Assembly (NCBI GenBank): GCA_002104905.1
Contig: MCFE01000282.1
Span: 39,572-103,571, forward strand
Length of the DNA stretch: 64,000 bases
Reading direction: 5' to 3'
DNA from: Basidiobolus meristosporus CBS 931.73
Lineage: Eukaryota; Fungi; Basidiobolomycota
Shown here: in pieces, positions 51,976 to 61,818 of the stretch
Layout: each line of letters starts with the position of its first letter
How positions within the stretch are numbered: position 1 is the first letter of the stretch
The notes under the pieces: model-generated
The model's input: only the letters and a program-made list of their open reading frames with translations
What the model was told of the DNA's origin: nothing
The model's database searches: none
Made by a program: the position numbers and the translations under genes

Positions 51976-53262
51976 GGACACGAAGAGTCGCACGAAAAAA
52001 GGGAAAAAAATTCAGCATACGCACATAATATGAAGCGCGTATTGTCCGTGCCATTAAGTTTAGCCGTGTTTGCCTGGGTAGCCACAGCCGTACTTTAATA
52101 AATGACCCATCCCAATTTCCCATCAATTTGTGAGCACAATGAAAAAATAGATGGTAAGTACGGTATTTGGGTATTTTACAAGGGTAAATGCGGTCGTTTC
52201 TGACCCGGCATTGTAGTGTGGAGATGCTTGCTACGGTGAATGCAGTACACTGTTTAGATACCAGTAAAACCGACTATCTGTCATCCACGAAGTTTATAAT
52301 AAAAAATGGTGCCTATTGTATGTACATTCAATCAGGAAGATTAGACATAGTTGAAGGCTTCGAATTGCACACGCCTTGCACTTTTTAGCTATAAGGTATG
52401 CAATAGTAGCCGTGTGCTTCCCTCCAACGATTGTGAAATGGCAACGGTTGAGACGGTCTTTGTCAGATAAGGCTCCTCACCCTATGATTATTTTTCATAT
52501 TTTTTATTACCCAATGAATAGAACCTGTTCGTCTTGCTTGAAATGGGTATTCAATAGAGCTGGCGTAGAGCAGAATATGAATACTTTACTCACAATAGGT
52601 AAAGCCTTGAAGTACGGCATATGGCAAGAACACCCTAACATATTCAGGGTTTTGGGCGCTGGCATATTCCCAGAGACTACCATTACCAAGGAGTCAGGGC
52701 TCGCTATTGCCAAAAAAGTACTAATGGGGCAAAATCTCCATTACACGAAGTCTCTGCAGATCTCAAGAAGGAAACATATCTAAATACGAGCATCCATATG
52801 CAGTATTATGCGAGGATATTAATTCCATGCACTTATTAACGGAAGCTAGCCAGCATCGAGCACCTTCAATACCTACAAAAGAAGGTAATCGTGGTTTCAT
52901 ACATCGTTGTATATGGAGCTGCGCTTCACCAATCAACCTTGTACTCAATAGATAAAGCTGCGTGAATCTCCATCTCTTTGCTATAGTAACAAGTTCAGGT
53001 AAAATTGGCTTGCACAACCCCAAGAAGATACTAACTGGGCAGAGCTTAGCACGCTCGAATATAGCATATACGATACGCTTTAATCATATCTCTAAACGAA
53101 GCTTTCCCAGAAAGGTAAAACCAAAATGGACCAGCGTAAACTTCAATGTTGAAAGACCTGCATGGTGTGGCAAAAATTTCTTGTACGTTCTAGATCCCCA
53201 GATGTTCATATGCAGCGTTTTTATAAATACCGCTGTCTACTCAAACAAAAAAACCAAAAGAA

Positions 53263-53658
53263 ATGAGGCTCCCAACATTCCTCATTAGTGCCGGCCTCTT
53301 CATCAGTGGTGGATCTGCTGCCAAATGGCATTTCTACTTGACTTCCAAGGGCTCCTTCTACATTCCGGGTGGAGATGCTTACATGGACTTTGCTAATGGT
53401 GAGGGCTACAAGTGTGCTGATAGATGGGGATTCAACGATAAAAACACCTGGAGCAGCATGGTCAGCAGAGGTCCTTCCTACCACTGTGGCCAGGTCTGGG
53501 GGTGGGACTTGGACAACTACAAGGAAACCGGAAATGACTATACTGGATACAAAGCAAGTGTTGACGTTATCTTGTACTATGCCAACACCTCAAGAAGAAA
53601 GAATGGAGTTTCAGTTACCACAACTGGCCTGAGCCACACCATTGAAGTCGATATCTAA
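53263..53658 (+). CDS. Small secreted protein of unknown function (131 aa, 2 Cys, aromatic/Gly-rich)
   Basis: Signal peptide MRLPTFLISAGLFISGGSAA; single exon with ATG and TAA; no recognisable family. Confidence 0.6.
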   Translation: MRLPTFLISAGLFISGGSAAKWHFYLTSKGSFYIPGGDAYMDFANGEGYKCADRWGFNDKNTWSSMVSRGPSYHCGQVWGWDLDNYKETGNDYTGYKASVDVILYYANTSRRKNGVSVTTTGLSHTIEVDI

Positions 53659-54432
53659 ATATACACAGCGGGTACCTAATTCACATGTCGTCCGCAATAG
53701 TCAAATAAATCAAGGAAATTTACTTTCAATGGAGGCCGACTAACTCATCTCAGTAACCAGATTAATATGTAGTACAGATGATAAAAGCCTTAAGTGGCTC
53801 TACCTATGCCACTGACAGTGCTATACACTATTATCAGCATTCAAGCCAACTTTGTTGAATATATATAATGAATTCTATTTCCTGGACTTGGCGCTTTTTC
53901 TCATACGCCATCCATACACCAGCAAAGCAATACCTTATTGGCCTGCACAGTGGTATACTAGTACGGGATATACATGAGTTACTGAACTAATTGATTCAGA
54001 AGTAAAGCATGCAAGGTTATTGCAAATATATATTGATCTAGAAATCCGAAATGTGCAAGTGATCATTTTGAGTAAAGCGTTGCAGTCCAATGGGTGTGAT
54101 GGTAAACTTTGGACCGGCAAATAGATTAGGGCAGTATGTGTAAATACTCAAGGGTTAAATACTTTCCAAAAAGTGGTTGCACTAATCTATTACTAACCAA
54201 ATAGAGATTAGCGTAATGGGGAAGGAGATTGACAAAATACCACCTTGGCAGTATTTAATATGGTTGAATACTTTAATCCCAAGAGCAATACCAGCAAACA
54301 TATGGTAGTTGTTTGTTTGTATGATTCCAATGGCCGCTGGATTTAAAAAGTTGGTAAGGAGAATTAATCTTATGTAGTGTGAGGGCTGCAAAGTTGTCCA
54401 CACTGGCAAAAGTTTTGGGAGTTTTTACTCCT

Positions 54433-54978
54433 TGTTGTGCATCAACATTTAAAACTTGACCAATTTTACTATATTAAGAAATCTGGTACCTTAGCTGATT
54501 TTCCCTAACCTAAAAATAACTAATCCCAGTTATGGTTTATTTTATCCCAATTCAGAATCTATTTTTAGCTGTCACACCTGACCAATTTTCATGCTGTCAT
54601 TACATTATCAACTAATCTGCCAAGCCTTCCCAGGTGATTAGTCATTTGAGATCTATTCAACCACTTAGCAGTTGCCAATACATCAGCTGATTGATGATGC
54701 AGTTTTCATGTATCTTATGTGCCTATCAACACTCAAGTTGATTCCATTTAATCCAGTCTCTTGGTGCTTACTAATTCAACTTGATGAGAAAAGTGTAAAT
54801 AAAGTTTACTGATCCTTTTGGTTTAGTGTGCCTCAGCAAAATTAAGAAATCAACAATTCTGTTCTAGTTTCCACCCAAGCTTTGCATAGCTAGTACTCCC
54901 AAGAACACCAAGCCTAGCCTGCATAGTAAAACAACTCCATTGCCTTTATAGCCAAACCCAGCTAAATCCAAGACCAAA
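54433..54978 (-). repeat. Partial family B LTR, inverted
   Basis: Starts tgttgtgcatcaacatttaaaactt, the reverse complement of the 57405 end; similarity stops at ~54978. Confidence 0.8.
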
Positions 54979-55444
54979 GTTCCCCATGAGTAATCTCAAA
55001 GTTGGAATTTGTTAGATTTTTAGGTGGTATTCAGCTGGTATAATGATAGTATTTTGCTGGTATCCAGCTGGTATTTCTGCAGTAAATTTCAGTTGCAATT
55101 TTTGGCAAAAGCAATGAGCAGCTGATTACCAAACTTGGCTTCAATGCTAGTTGGCCCAGTCTCCCCCAGGAAAGTACGTCTACTTGTCTGCTGAGAAGCT
55201 AGTATCTTAGGGTCAGGGTTATAGTGCTTTATTGGGAAATTTGCACATGAAGTGTAGTCTTGAAATATGTCAAAGTCATATGAGTACAGCAACTAATATA
55301 AAATGACAAATACATTGCCAGTAAAAGGGGTCAAGGAAACTGTAAAAGCTTTAAAAGACAAGTTGTGAACACAAGAAATTTACAGTACCATTCATTGCCT
55401 TATACTGCAACCAAGCTAACCCAATGAAAAATTATTGTAATGAT

Positions 55445-58360
55445 CCTGTCAAAAGGCTGTCACAAATTTAAAGTCCCATGACTAAGAGGTACTGATACCA
55501 GCAGGACACCATCCTGAGACCATTGAAAAATAATTGCACCCCAGATTTTGCAAAAAACTTAGTCAAAATTTTTGTCACAATGAAATATAAGTGGCTTTTG
55601 ATTGGTACCCTGCCAATTTGCTCACTTTCTGATCCCAGACACTCTATCACCTCCTACATTTGTATGCATCAATTGGCTATTGCTGCTTTTTCACACTCCT
55701 TACTTTCTGACTCAACCATTTCTCTTACTTTTCCTGCGTACAAATTGATTTATTTCTGTTGAAACTTCAGTTGTACCCCAATTGCCATTTGTATTGACCT
55801 ATACAAGTCCCTATACCCTACACTAACATTAAGCCCAACCCCACACTCAACAAGTAACTCCACTAAAATCCACCACTCAATAATTATTTCTGCAGTAATG
55901 CTCTAGTTCCACAACTTTAGCAGGAACCCAATGGCTTTATGCCACTGTTCATTCACTGGTTCCCACACTTCCTGGCCTTCAGCCAACACTGCAAGGTCTA
56001 GCACATCATCTACCAGTCTTTGCTATAAATCCTTGCAATATTCAAGTGCGTTTTCTTAAGCACTGCTCCTGAGGAAGTGTTGCAACCTCTTGGTGTGCCT
56101 ATTAATGTTCCAAAATTCTACCAAAGGCATTGTGATAGTCTTTTGAGTTCTTGATGTTGTATCCTTGTCTGTCAGTGGGATCTCCACTCTGTCAACAATG
56201 GAAGATGTGGAGTTTGTGGTAGACATATTGCCTTTTTCTGCAAACTCATCTACCTTGCTGGAGTGTAGCTCAACTGGCAGCACTTCCAACTCTTGTGAAA
56301 ACAGCTGTTTTCTTGTTAGTAATTCTTCTTGGGTATCATGGGATTCAGTGTGTTCTGGGCTTGCAGCATTAATTGGCAAGAACTACAGTTTTGTTTGAAT
56401 GCTTCCCTGCCTCAGGCTTGGGTAGACAATTGTTCCTTTACCTTTTCCTTTATCACTGCCTGGTCTTTCACTGCTACTTTGTCTGAGTGCTTCTTGTAAT
56501 GAACTATGTTTTGTCCTCAATAAATTCTGCTCTGACACATCAGTTTTGACCTACTTGTCCCTTGCTGGCACTCTTCTGGCAAACCAACATTTCTTTCCCA
56601 TTTGTTTGGAGCTCTCAGCTGTAGTTGCAACAGGCTCCTGTAAAAGATGCTGGTTTTCATCACTGCAAGGTCCTTCACTGCTACATTGACCAAGTACTTC
56701 TTGAGTGGTGTTGTATCCAAGAGAAAGTGTAATAAAACTCTTGAATGGTTTAACTGAACCAAAGGGACAATTAAGTGCAGAATCTTAGAATTGTCAGAGA
56801 GTGGCGGAAATATTAGCAGAAAGATTCTGATCTAATATTGGTCTTGGATATAGCTGGGTTGGCTATAAAGACAATGATATTTGTTTGCTAGGCAGGCTAG
56901 GCTTGGTGTTCTTTGGAGTGCTAGATATACTAGGCTTGGATAGAAACTAGAACGGAATTGTTGGATTCTTATTTTTGCTGAGACAGAATCTTAATTTTGT
57001 TGAGACACACACTAAACCAAAAGGTTCAGTAAACTTTATTTATACTTTTCTGATCAAGTTGAATTAGTAAGCACCAAGGGACTGGATTGATTGAAATCAA
57101 TTTGGGTGTTCATAGGTGCATAAGATAAATGAAAATTACATCATCAATCAACTGATGTCTTGGCAACTGCACCATGGTTGGATAGATCTCAGATGACTAA
57201 TCACCTGGGAAGGCTTGGCAGATAGGTTGATAACGTAATGACCATTTGAAAATAGATCAGGTGTGATAGCTAAAAATAGATTCTGAGGTGGGATAAAATA
57301 AACTGTAACTGGGATTTGTTATGTTTGGGTTAGGGAAAGTCAGTTAGGGTACTAGATTTTCAAACGGAGTAAAATTGGCTAAGTTTTAAATGTTGATGCA
57401 CAACAAGTGGTACTGTGCTTTTTCCATAACAAGTGTTGTGCTGGTGCATCTGTTTCAGCCAGCTTGTCCCTAACTAATACTTTTCCAGCCACCTAACATC
57501 TCTTTGATGCTTATCTGGAGCTTTTGACCCTGCTTGTAACAGGCTCTTGAGGAAGCCACTGGTCTTTAGCCATGGCACCCTTGTTTTTCTGCCTTTGATA
57601 TTTTCTGCTATTCTTGAGAAACTGTCTTAGCATTGATGGCCCAAAATCCATTTGCCTGTCTGAATCTAGGATAATGCTTATGGAACAAGTCAAGTGCATT
57701 CTGCTTGGCCTTGAGTTCCTGATGGTCCCATGGTATGCTGGCCTTAAGGTGAAGGCATCCTAGACTTCTGATGGCCTCTTGAATATTAGCCCACTTGTCA
57801 ATATTGCACTCAATAGCTTCATGGATCTTCAATGTCTTTTGATTTTTAGGCTGTGGTATAAACACCACATTGTCTCCCTCCCATGCTGTGATAGGTTTAT
57901 CTGTGGGCTTTATCTTGGGGCACTGATATTGAGCTGCAAAGACTGTGCTGTGTTCCTCTGCTGTTACAGTGGGAACTGGCTCAATTCTCAGCTGTAACAT
58001 TGAGCTACTTGATTTCCTTCTTTGCAGCAAAGATACTGCTTTCTCTACCTGCAATATTGATTGCTCTACATGTATTATCTGCTAATCCTGTTTCTGAACT
58101 ATTTCCTGATTTCTCTGGGCAATTGCATCTGTACTATCAGCCACTGCACCTAATTGCATCAGTAGTGCTTTGGTATGAGCTGGCAACAAACTTGCTGATA
58201 TGGGTGGTGGTGATGTTATGATGGCCACTTGCTGGTCTTCAACTGAGGGTACTGCATTGGCTACATTCTCATCTGCCTGAGCATAATGTCAAGCTTGTGG
58301 CTTCACAGAGGTTCTCAATTACCTACTTGACTGAGAGCCTTGGAGTCCATGTTATTACCT
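55445..58360 (-). repeat. Repeat family A, copy 2, interrupted by a solo LTR and truncated at a telomere-like remnant
   Basis: Collinear with 8860-10830. Similarity ends at ttattacct (~58360), directly before TTAGGGGG. Confidence 0.8.
56709..57405. repeat. Solo LTR, family B (697 bp)
   Basis: TGTTG...CACAACA with TSD AGTGG (56704-56708 and 57406-57410). Confidence 0.9.
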
Positions 58361-58363
58361 TCA

Positions 58364-58430
58364 TTTAGGGGGATGATAACCACCAAAGGGTGAAATCTTT
58401 ATTTAATTCATAAACAAAGAAGCCAAGTTT
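58364..58430 (-). mobile_element. 5'-truncated retroelement stub consisting of the shared 3' tail only
   Basis: TTAGGGGG at 58365, then GGTGAAATCTTTATTT (58389-58404) and AAAGAAGCCAAGTT (58416-58429). Confidence 0.7.
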
Positions 58431-58440
58431 GAACATGAAT

Positions 58441-58970
58441 TTAGGGTTAGGGGGGAGGAAAGTCACCAAGTGGTGAAATCTTTATTTACTTATGACAAGT
58501 ATCTAAAGAAGCCAAGTTAATCTGAAGTTATTCCTAGAAAGCTAGGTCTGAGAGATATCTTCCTGGTAAGCCAGGTCTGAGAGTTGAGAAGCTGAGTGGT
58601 ACTATATTTCCTAGTTAGCTAGGTCTGAGAGAGGTTTCCTGGAAAGCCAGGCCTGAGAAGTGAGAATCTGAATATATCTGAGCTAAGTTATACTGGTTTG
58701 CGGTAGCTGAATTGTGGCCGGAATGGCCAGTAGACTGGGGGAACTGAGATGAATTTCTGGGCGATCACTGGCCATATTTTCTAGGCAAATCTGGCCAATT
58801 AGCATTTCAAGGATTTCAGCCAATCAGAGCCTTTACTTTGCCCGATGGTTGATCAAGCCATCTCCCAATGAGCACACATCAATTTATTAATCAAATTTTG
58901 CTGGATCCAGGATTTGAACCCACAACCATGGGTATGGAAGGGTTAGGGATAACCACAAGGCTAAGTGTTC
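58441..58970 (-). mobile_element. Putative tRNA-derived SINE (~530 bp) carrying the telomeric LINE's 3' tail
   Basis: Minus-strand A box TAGCCTTGTGG (58963-58953) and B box GGTTCAAATCC (58920-58910), 32 nt apart. No TTTT on the sense strand. The 3' tail is shared with the LINE and ends in CCCCCCTAACCCTAA. Confidence 0.68.
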
Positions 58971-59049
58971 TTGGTTAGCTTAGGTTTAGGGGGGGAGACA
59001 GTCACCAACAGGTGAAATCTTTATTTCAGTTGAAACAAAGAAGCCAGCG

Positions 59050-61818
59050 CTACTGTTGTAGCTTTGATACAAGAGTGTGTAGCTGAGGGGAATTTGTAGG
59101 TAAGTTAATAAGAAGTGATGATAGTTCTTCAGTGCTCAAGACACTGTTCAGTGGGAAGGGGGGTAGCAAGAGAGGTAAGAATGACTTGTGAACAACATTA
59201 ATGAGGGGAATGTGATAAGGATTGATATTCATCATAAAGGGAGTGTGCTGCTGCAGATATTGCTGCCAAAGGTCTGTCAAGTACTTCAGGTAGGCCAGCT
59301 TGGGTTTTTCTGACTGCAGAATAAATTCTGCAAACTTCTTGACTTCAGGATCTCCAAGTATAGTTCTCCAGCAGGAGCCAGGTGTTGTGTGGTGTGTTCT
59401 CTTCCAGGCCTTAATCAGTGGGTTGTTGCAGTGGTGAAGTCTGAGATATAATCTGGTTCTAAGGTAGAGAAGTCTGATCTTATAGGGCATAAACCCAAAA
59501 GCACCAAGAATAGCATGTCTGTAGGGGCATTCAGGCAAATGAGGCACCAAGGAGGTAATGCACCATACTGCAAACTTGTCAAGCTTAGTGCAGTCTCTAG
59601 AAGTAAGAGAGAGAAGTGGTAAGCCAAATTCCAGTACAGGGAAGACAAACTGCTTGAGTAGAAGAAGGCAGCTGGGAGCTGAAGTTGTAGGAGGAGTAAC
59701 AGCCAGTAGCTTGTGGAGTGCCTGTCTTGCCAGGATAATTCTCTTCTTCAGGTGTGCTCCAGAGTCTAGTCCAGTAGGAAGGAAAGGAAAGCCAAGATAT
59801 GTAGCAGAAACCTGAGCAGGTAGAGTGGAGTTCTCTAAGGTGATGGGAGAGCCCAAAGGTACTGTCTTTGCAATGGAAAGCTGGAGATTATTCTTCTGCA
59901 GATACTGGTGGATGGTCTGGGAGTCTTGTTGCACATTGGAGGAGGATATTCTGATGTCATCAGCAAAGAGAGTAACCAGGCAGTCAGCTGAGAGTCTTGG
60001 GAAATCATTCAGGAAGATGGCAAACAGTATAGGACCAAGCACAGAGCCTTGAACCACTCCATTAGGAACTGAGAACACAGCTGATTGCTCACTTGGGTGC
60101 AGAATTCTTGCTTGTGGATCCAGAAACAGGGACCTGACAAGGAGGGTGAGAGAGGTACTGGAGAAGCATTGCAACTTGGACCAAAGCAGATTTCTGTCAA
60201 CTGAATCAAAGGCCTTAGTAATATCAAACAGAACTGAGGGATACCTGCACTGGAGAGAGTGATCTTGGCTAAGTATGACTGCATATTCCAAGGAGAGGCC
60301 AGGAACAAAGCCAAACTGTGCAGGATGAAACTTGAGAGAGTCAGAGTAGAGCTCCTGAGCAAGCAGAAGCTCAAACACCTTTCTGCAGGTGGGCAGCAGA
60401 GATATTGGCCTGTAGGAGCTAGGATCCAGGTGCTTTCCTTTACCCTTGTACAGTGGCAGAACATTTGCAAAGGACCATTCCTCAGGAGTAGAAAGCTGGG
60501 CTGAGCATTGCTGAAACAGTGGAAGCAGAAGTGCAGACATGGCCTTGGTACTAGTCTTCAGAAGCTCATAGGAGATTGTGTCCACACCTGGAGCAGTAGA
60601 GTTGGGAAGCCTCTTGAGCACATTATGGATTCTCCTTTGATCAAGTGCAAGTGGGATGGGCAGAGTCTTGAAGTCAGGATGAAAGCCAGGAGTTGAGTAC
60701 TGCTTTGTAGAGAAGAAGATGTTAGCCAGCTGTTCTGTTGAAGGTAACTTCCTGGAAGAGGGCCGCATTGCCCTGTAGAGTCTTGATACTGTTCTTGTTA
60801 TAGAGTTGGAAGATTGCAGAGGCAAGGAACTCATAATATGATCCCAGAGCTGAGTATGCAGAGTGTGGTGAATTGCCTTGGAGTGGTGTATTGCTGTCAG
60901 GAGGAGTTTCTCTGTTTTTGGGTTAGGGAAACTCAGGTAGCTTTGTTGCAGGGCTGAAACAATGGATTCCCATTTTCTTGAGGTAACAGCAGTAGTCTTG
61001 CATGGCAGTGAGAGGGAGGCAGACACCAGAATCAGATGCTTCACAAAGAGCCAGGCATAGTTGAGATCATCTGGCAGAGAAAGTAGCAAACTGGCAAGCT
61101 TCAAGTAGTTCCCAAAGTCTTTCTTCTGATTCTTGGTAGCTTTGTGGGTGAGCACAGTAAGTTTTGGCAGCTTCTTCTTCACAACTGGTTGCATAGAAAG
61201 GGACCAGGCTGGGTGGTCAGAGGCTCTCAAGGATCCTAGCTCAGCTCCAGAGAATTGCTTAACTTCATCCACAAAGTAGAGGGCAGCAGCAGCAGGGCAG
61301 ATCCAGTCAACACATCTTTTCTCAGATTGGGCACCTAGTGCTAGCAGATGGCTTTCTCTCAGGAAGTTCAGTAGGAATGTAGACCTTGGCTTCATTCTTG
61401 CAGTCAGAGTAGTCTTGTTCTCAGGATGGGGAATGTTGAGATCTCCAAGCAAGATAATAGGTGTTGATATAGATTGCTGGTATTGCTGAACTTTCTGGCA
61501 TATAACGTGCACTTCCTGAAGGGCAAGACTTGGAGGCAGATAGCAGAGCACCAGACTGATAGTTGGCAACTGGAGAGCAGCACAGTAAGGGGAGTAAAGA
61601 GGAACACAGAGCTGAGGAGTATTGATTGTAGAAGAGATGAAGCAGATAGAGGAGGTATTCTTTGTTCTAGGAGTAGAAAAGCAATATAGATTAGTCAAAA
61701 GTATAGAGGGTAGCTGGACATCAATCAAACACAGGAGGGAAAATCTTGAAAGAAGTCTCTCTAGAGTTGGTCTTGATGGCTGTATGCTGTTGCAGTTAAG
61801 CAACAGAACTTCAGGTAG
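59050..61818 (-). CDS. ORF2: APE endonuclease + reverse transcriptase; no ATG at its start
   Basis: EN motifs VLLLNCNS, LCLIDV, CYLPP, LLGDLN, CVDWI, SDH. RT motifs APGVD.ISYELLK, SYRPISLL, QFGF, DITKAFDSV, GVVQGSVLGPILF, LFADD. Uninterrupted to TAG at 59050. Confidence 0.93.
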   Translation of the reverse strand, partial: LPEVLLLNCNSIQPSRPTLERLLSRFSLLCLIDVQLPSILLTNLYCFSTPRTKNTSSICFISSTINTPQLCVPLYSPYCAALQLPTISLVLCYLPPSLALQEVHVICQKVQQYQQSISTPIILLGDLNIPHPENKTTLTARMKPRSTFLLNFLRESHLLALGAQSEKRCVDWICPAAAALYFVDEVKQFSGAELGSLRASDHPAWSLSMQPVVKKKLPKLTVLTHKATKNQKKDFGNYLKLASLLLSLPDDLNYAWLFVKHLILVSASLSLPCKTTAVTSRKWESIVSALQQSYLSFPNPKTEKLLLTAIHHSKAIHHTLHTQLWDHIMSSLPLQSSNSITRTVSRLYRAMRPSSRKLPSTEQLANIFFSTKQYSTPGFHPDFKTLPIPLALDQRRIHNVLKRLPNSTAPGVDTISYELLKTSTKAMSALLLPLFQQCSAQLSTPEEWSFANVLPLYKGKGKHLDPSSYRPISLLPTCRKVFELLLAQELYSDSLKFHPAQFGFVPGLSLEYAVILSQDHSLQCRYPSVLFDITKAFDSVDRNLLWSKLQCFSSTSLTLLVRSLFLDPQARILHPSEQSAVFSVPNGVVQGSVLGPILFAIFLNDFPRLSADCLVTLFADDIRISSSNVQQDSQTIHQYLQKNNLQLSIAKTVPLGSPITLENSTLPAQVSATYLGFPFLPTGLDSGAHLKKRIILARQALHKLLAVTPPTTSAPSCLLLLKQFVFPVLEFGLPLLSLTSRDCTKLDKFAVWCITSLVPHLPECPYRHAILGAFGFMPYKIRLLYLRTRLYLRLHHCNNPLIKAWKRTHHTTPGSCWRTILGDPEVKKFAEFILQSEKPKLAYLKYLTDLWQQYLQQHTPFMMNINPYHIPLINVVHKSFLPLLLPPFPLNSVLSTEELSSLLINLPTNSPQLHTLVSKLQQ

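Noticed and set aside
57320-57350. gggttaggg...gttaggg in solo LTR B, and gggttaggg at 60920 in ORF2, as interstitial telomeres
   Set aside because: They are internal to an LTR with intact TSDs, or encode FPNP in frame. No junction or shared tail is associated with them.
58897-58970. Functional tRNA gene
   Set aside because: The A and B boxes are present, but the acceptor and anticodon stems do not pair and there is no downstream T-run terminator. Interpreted as a SINE head.
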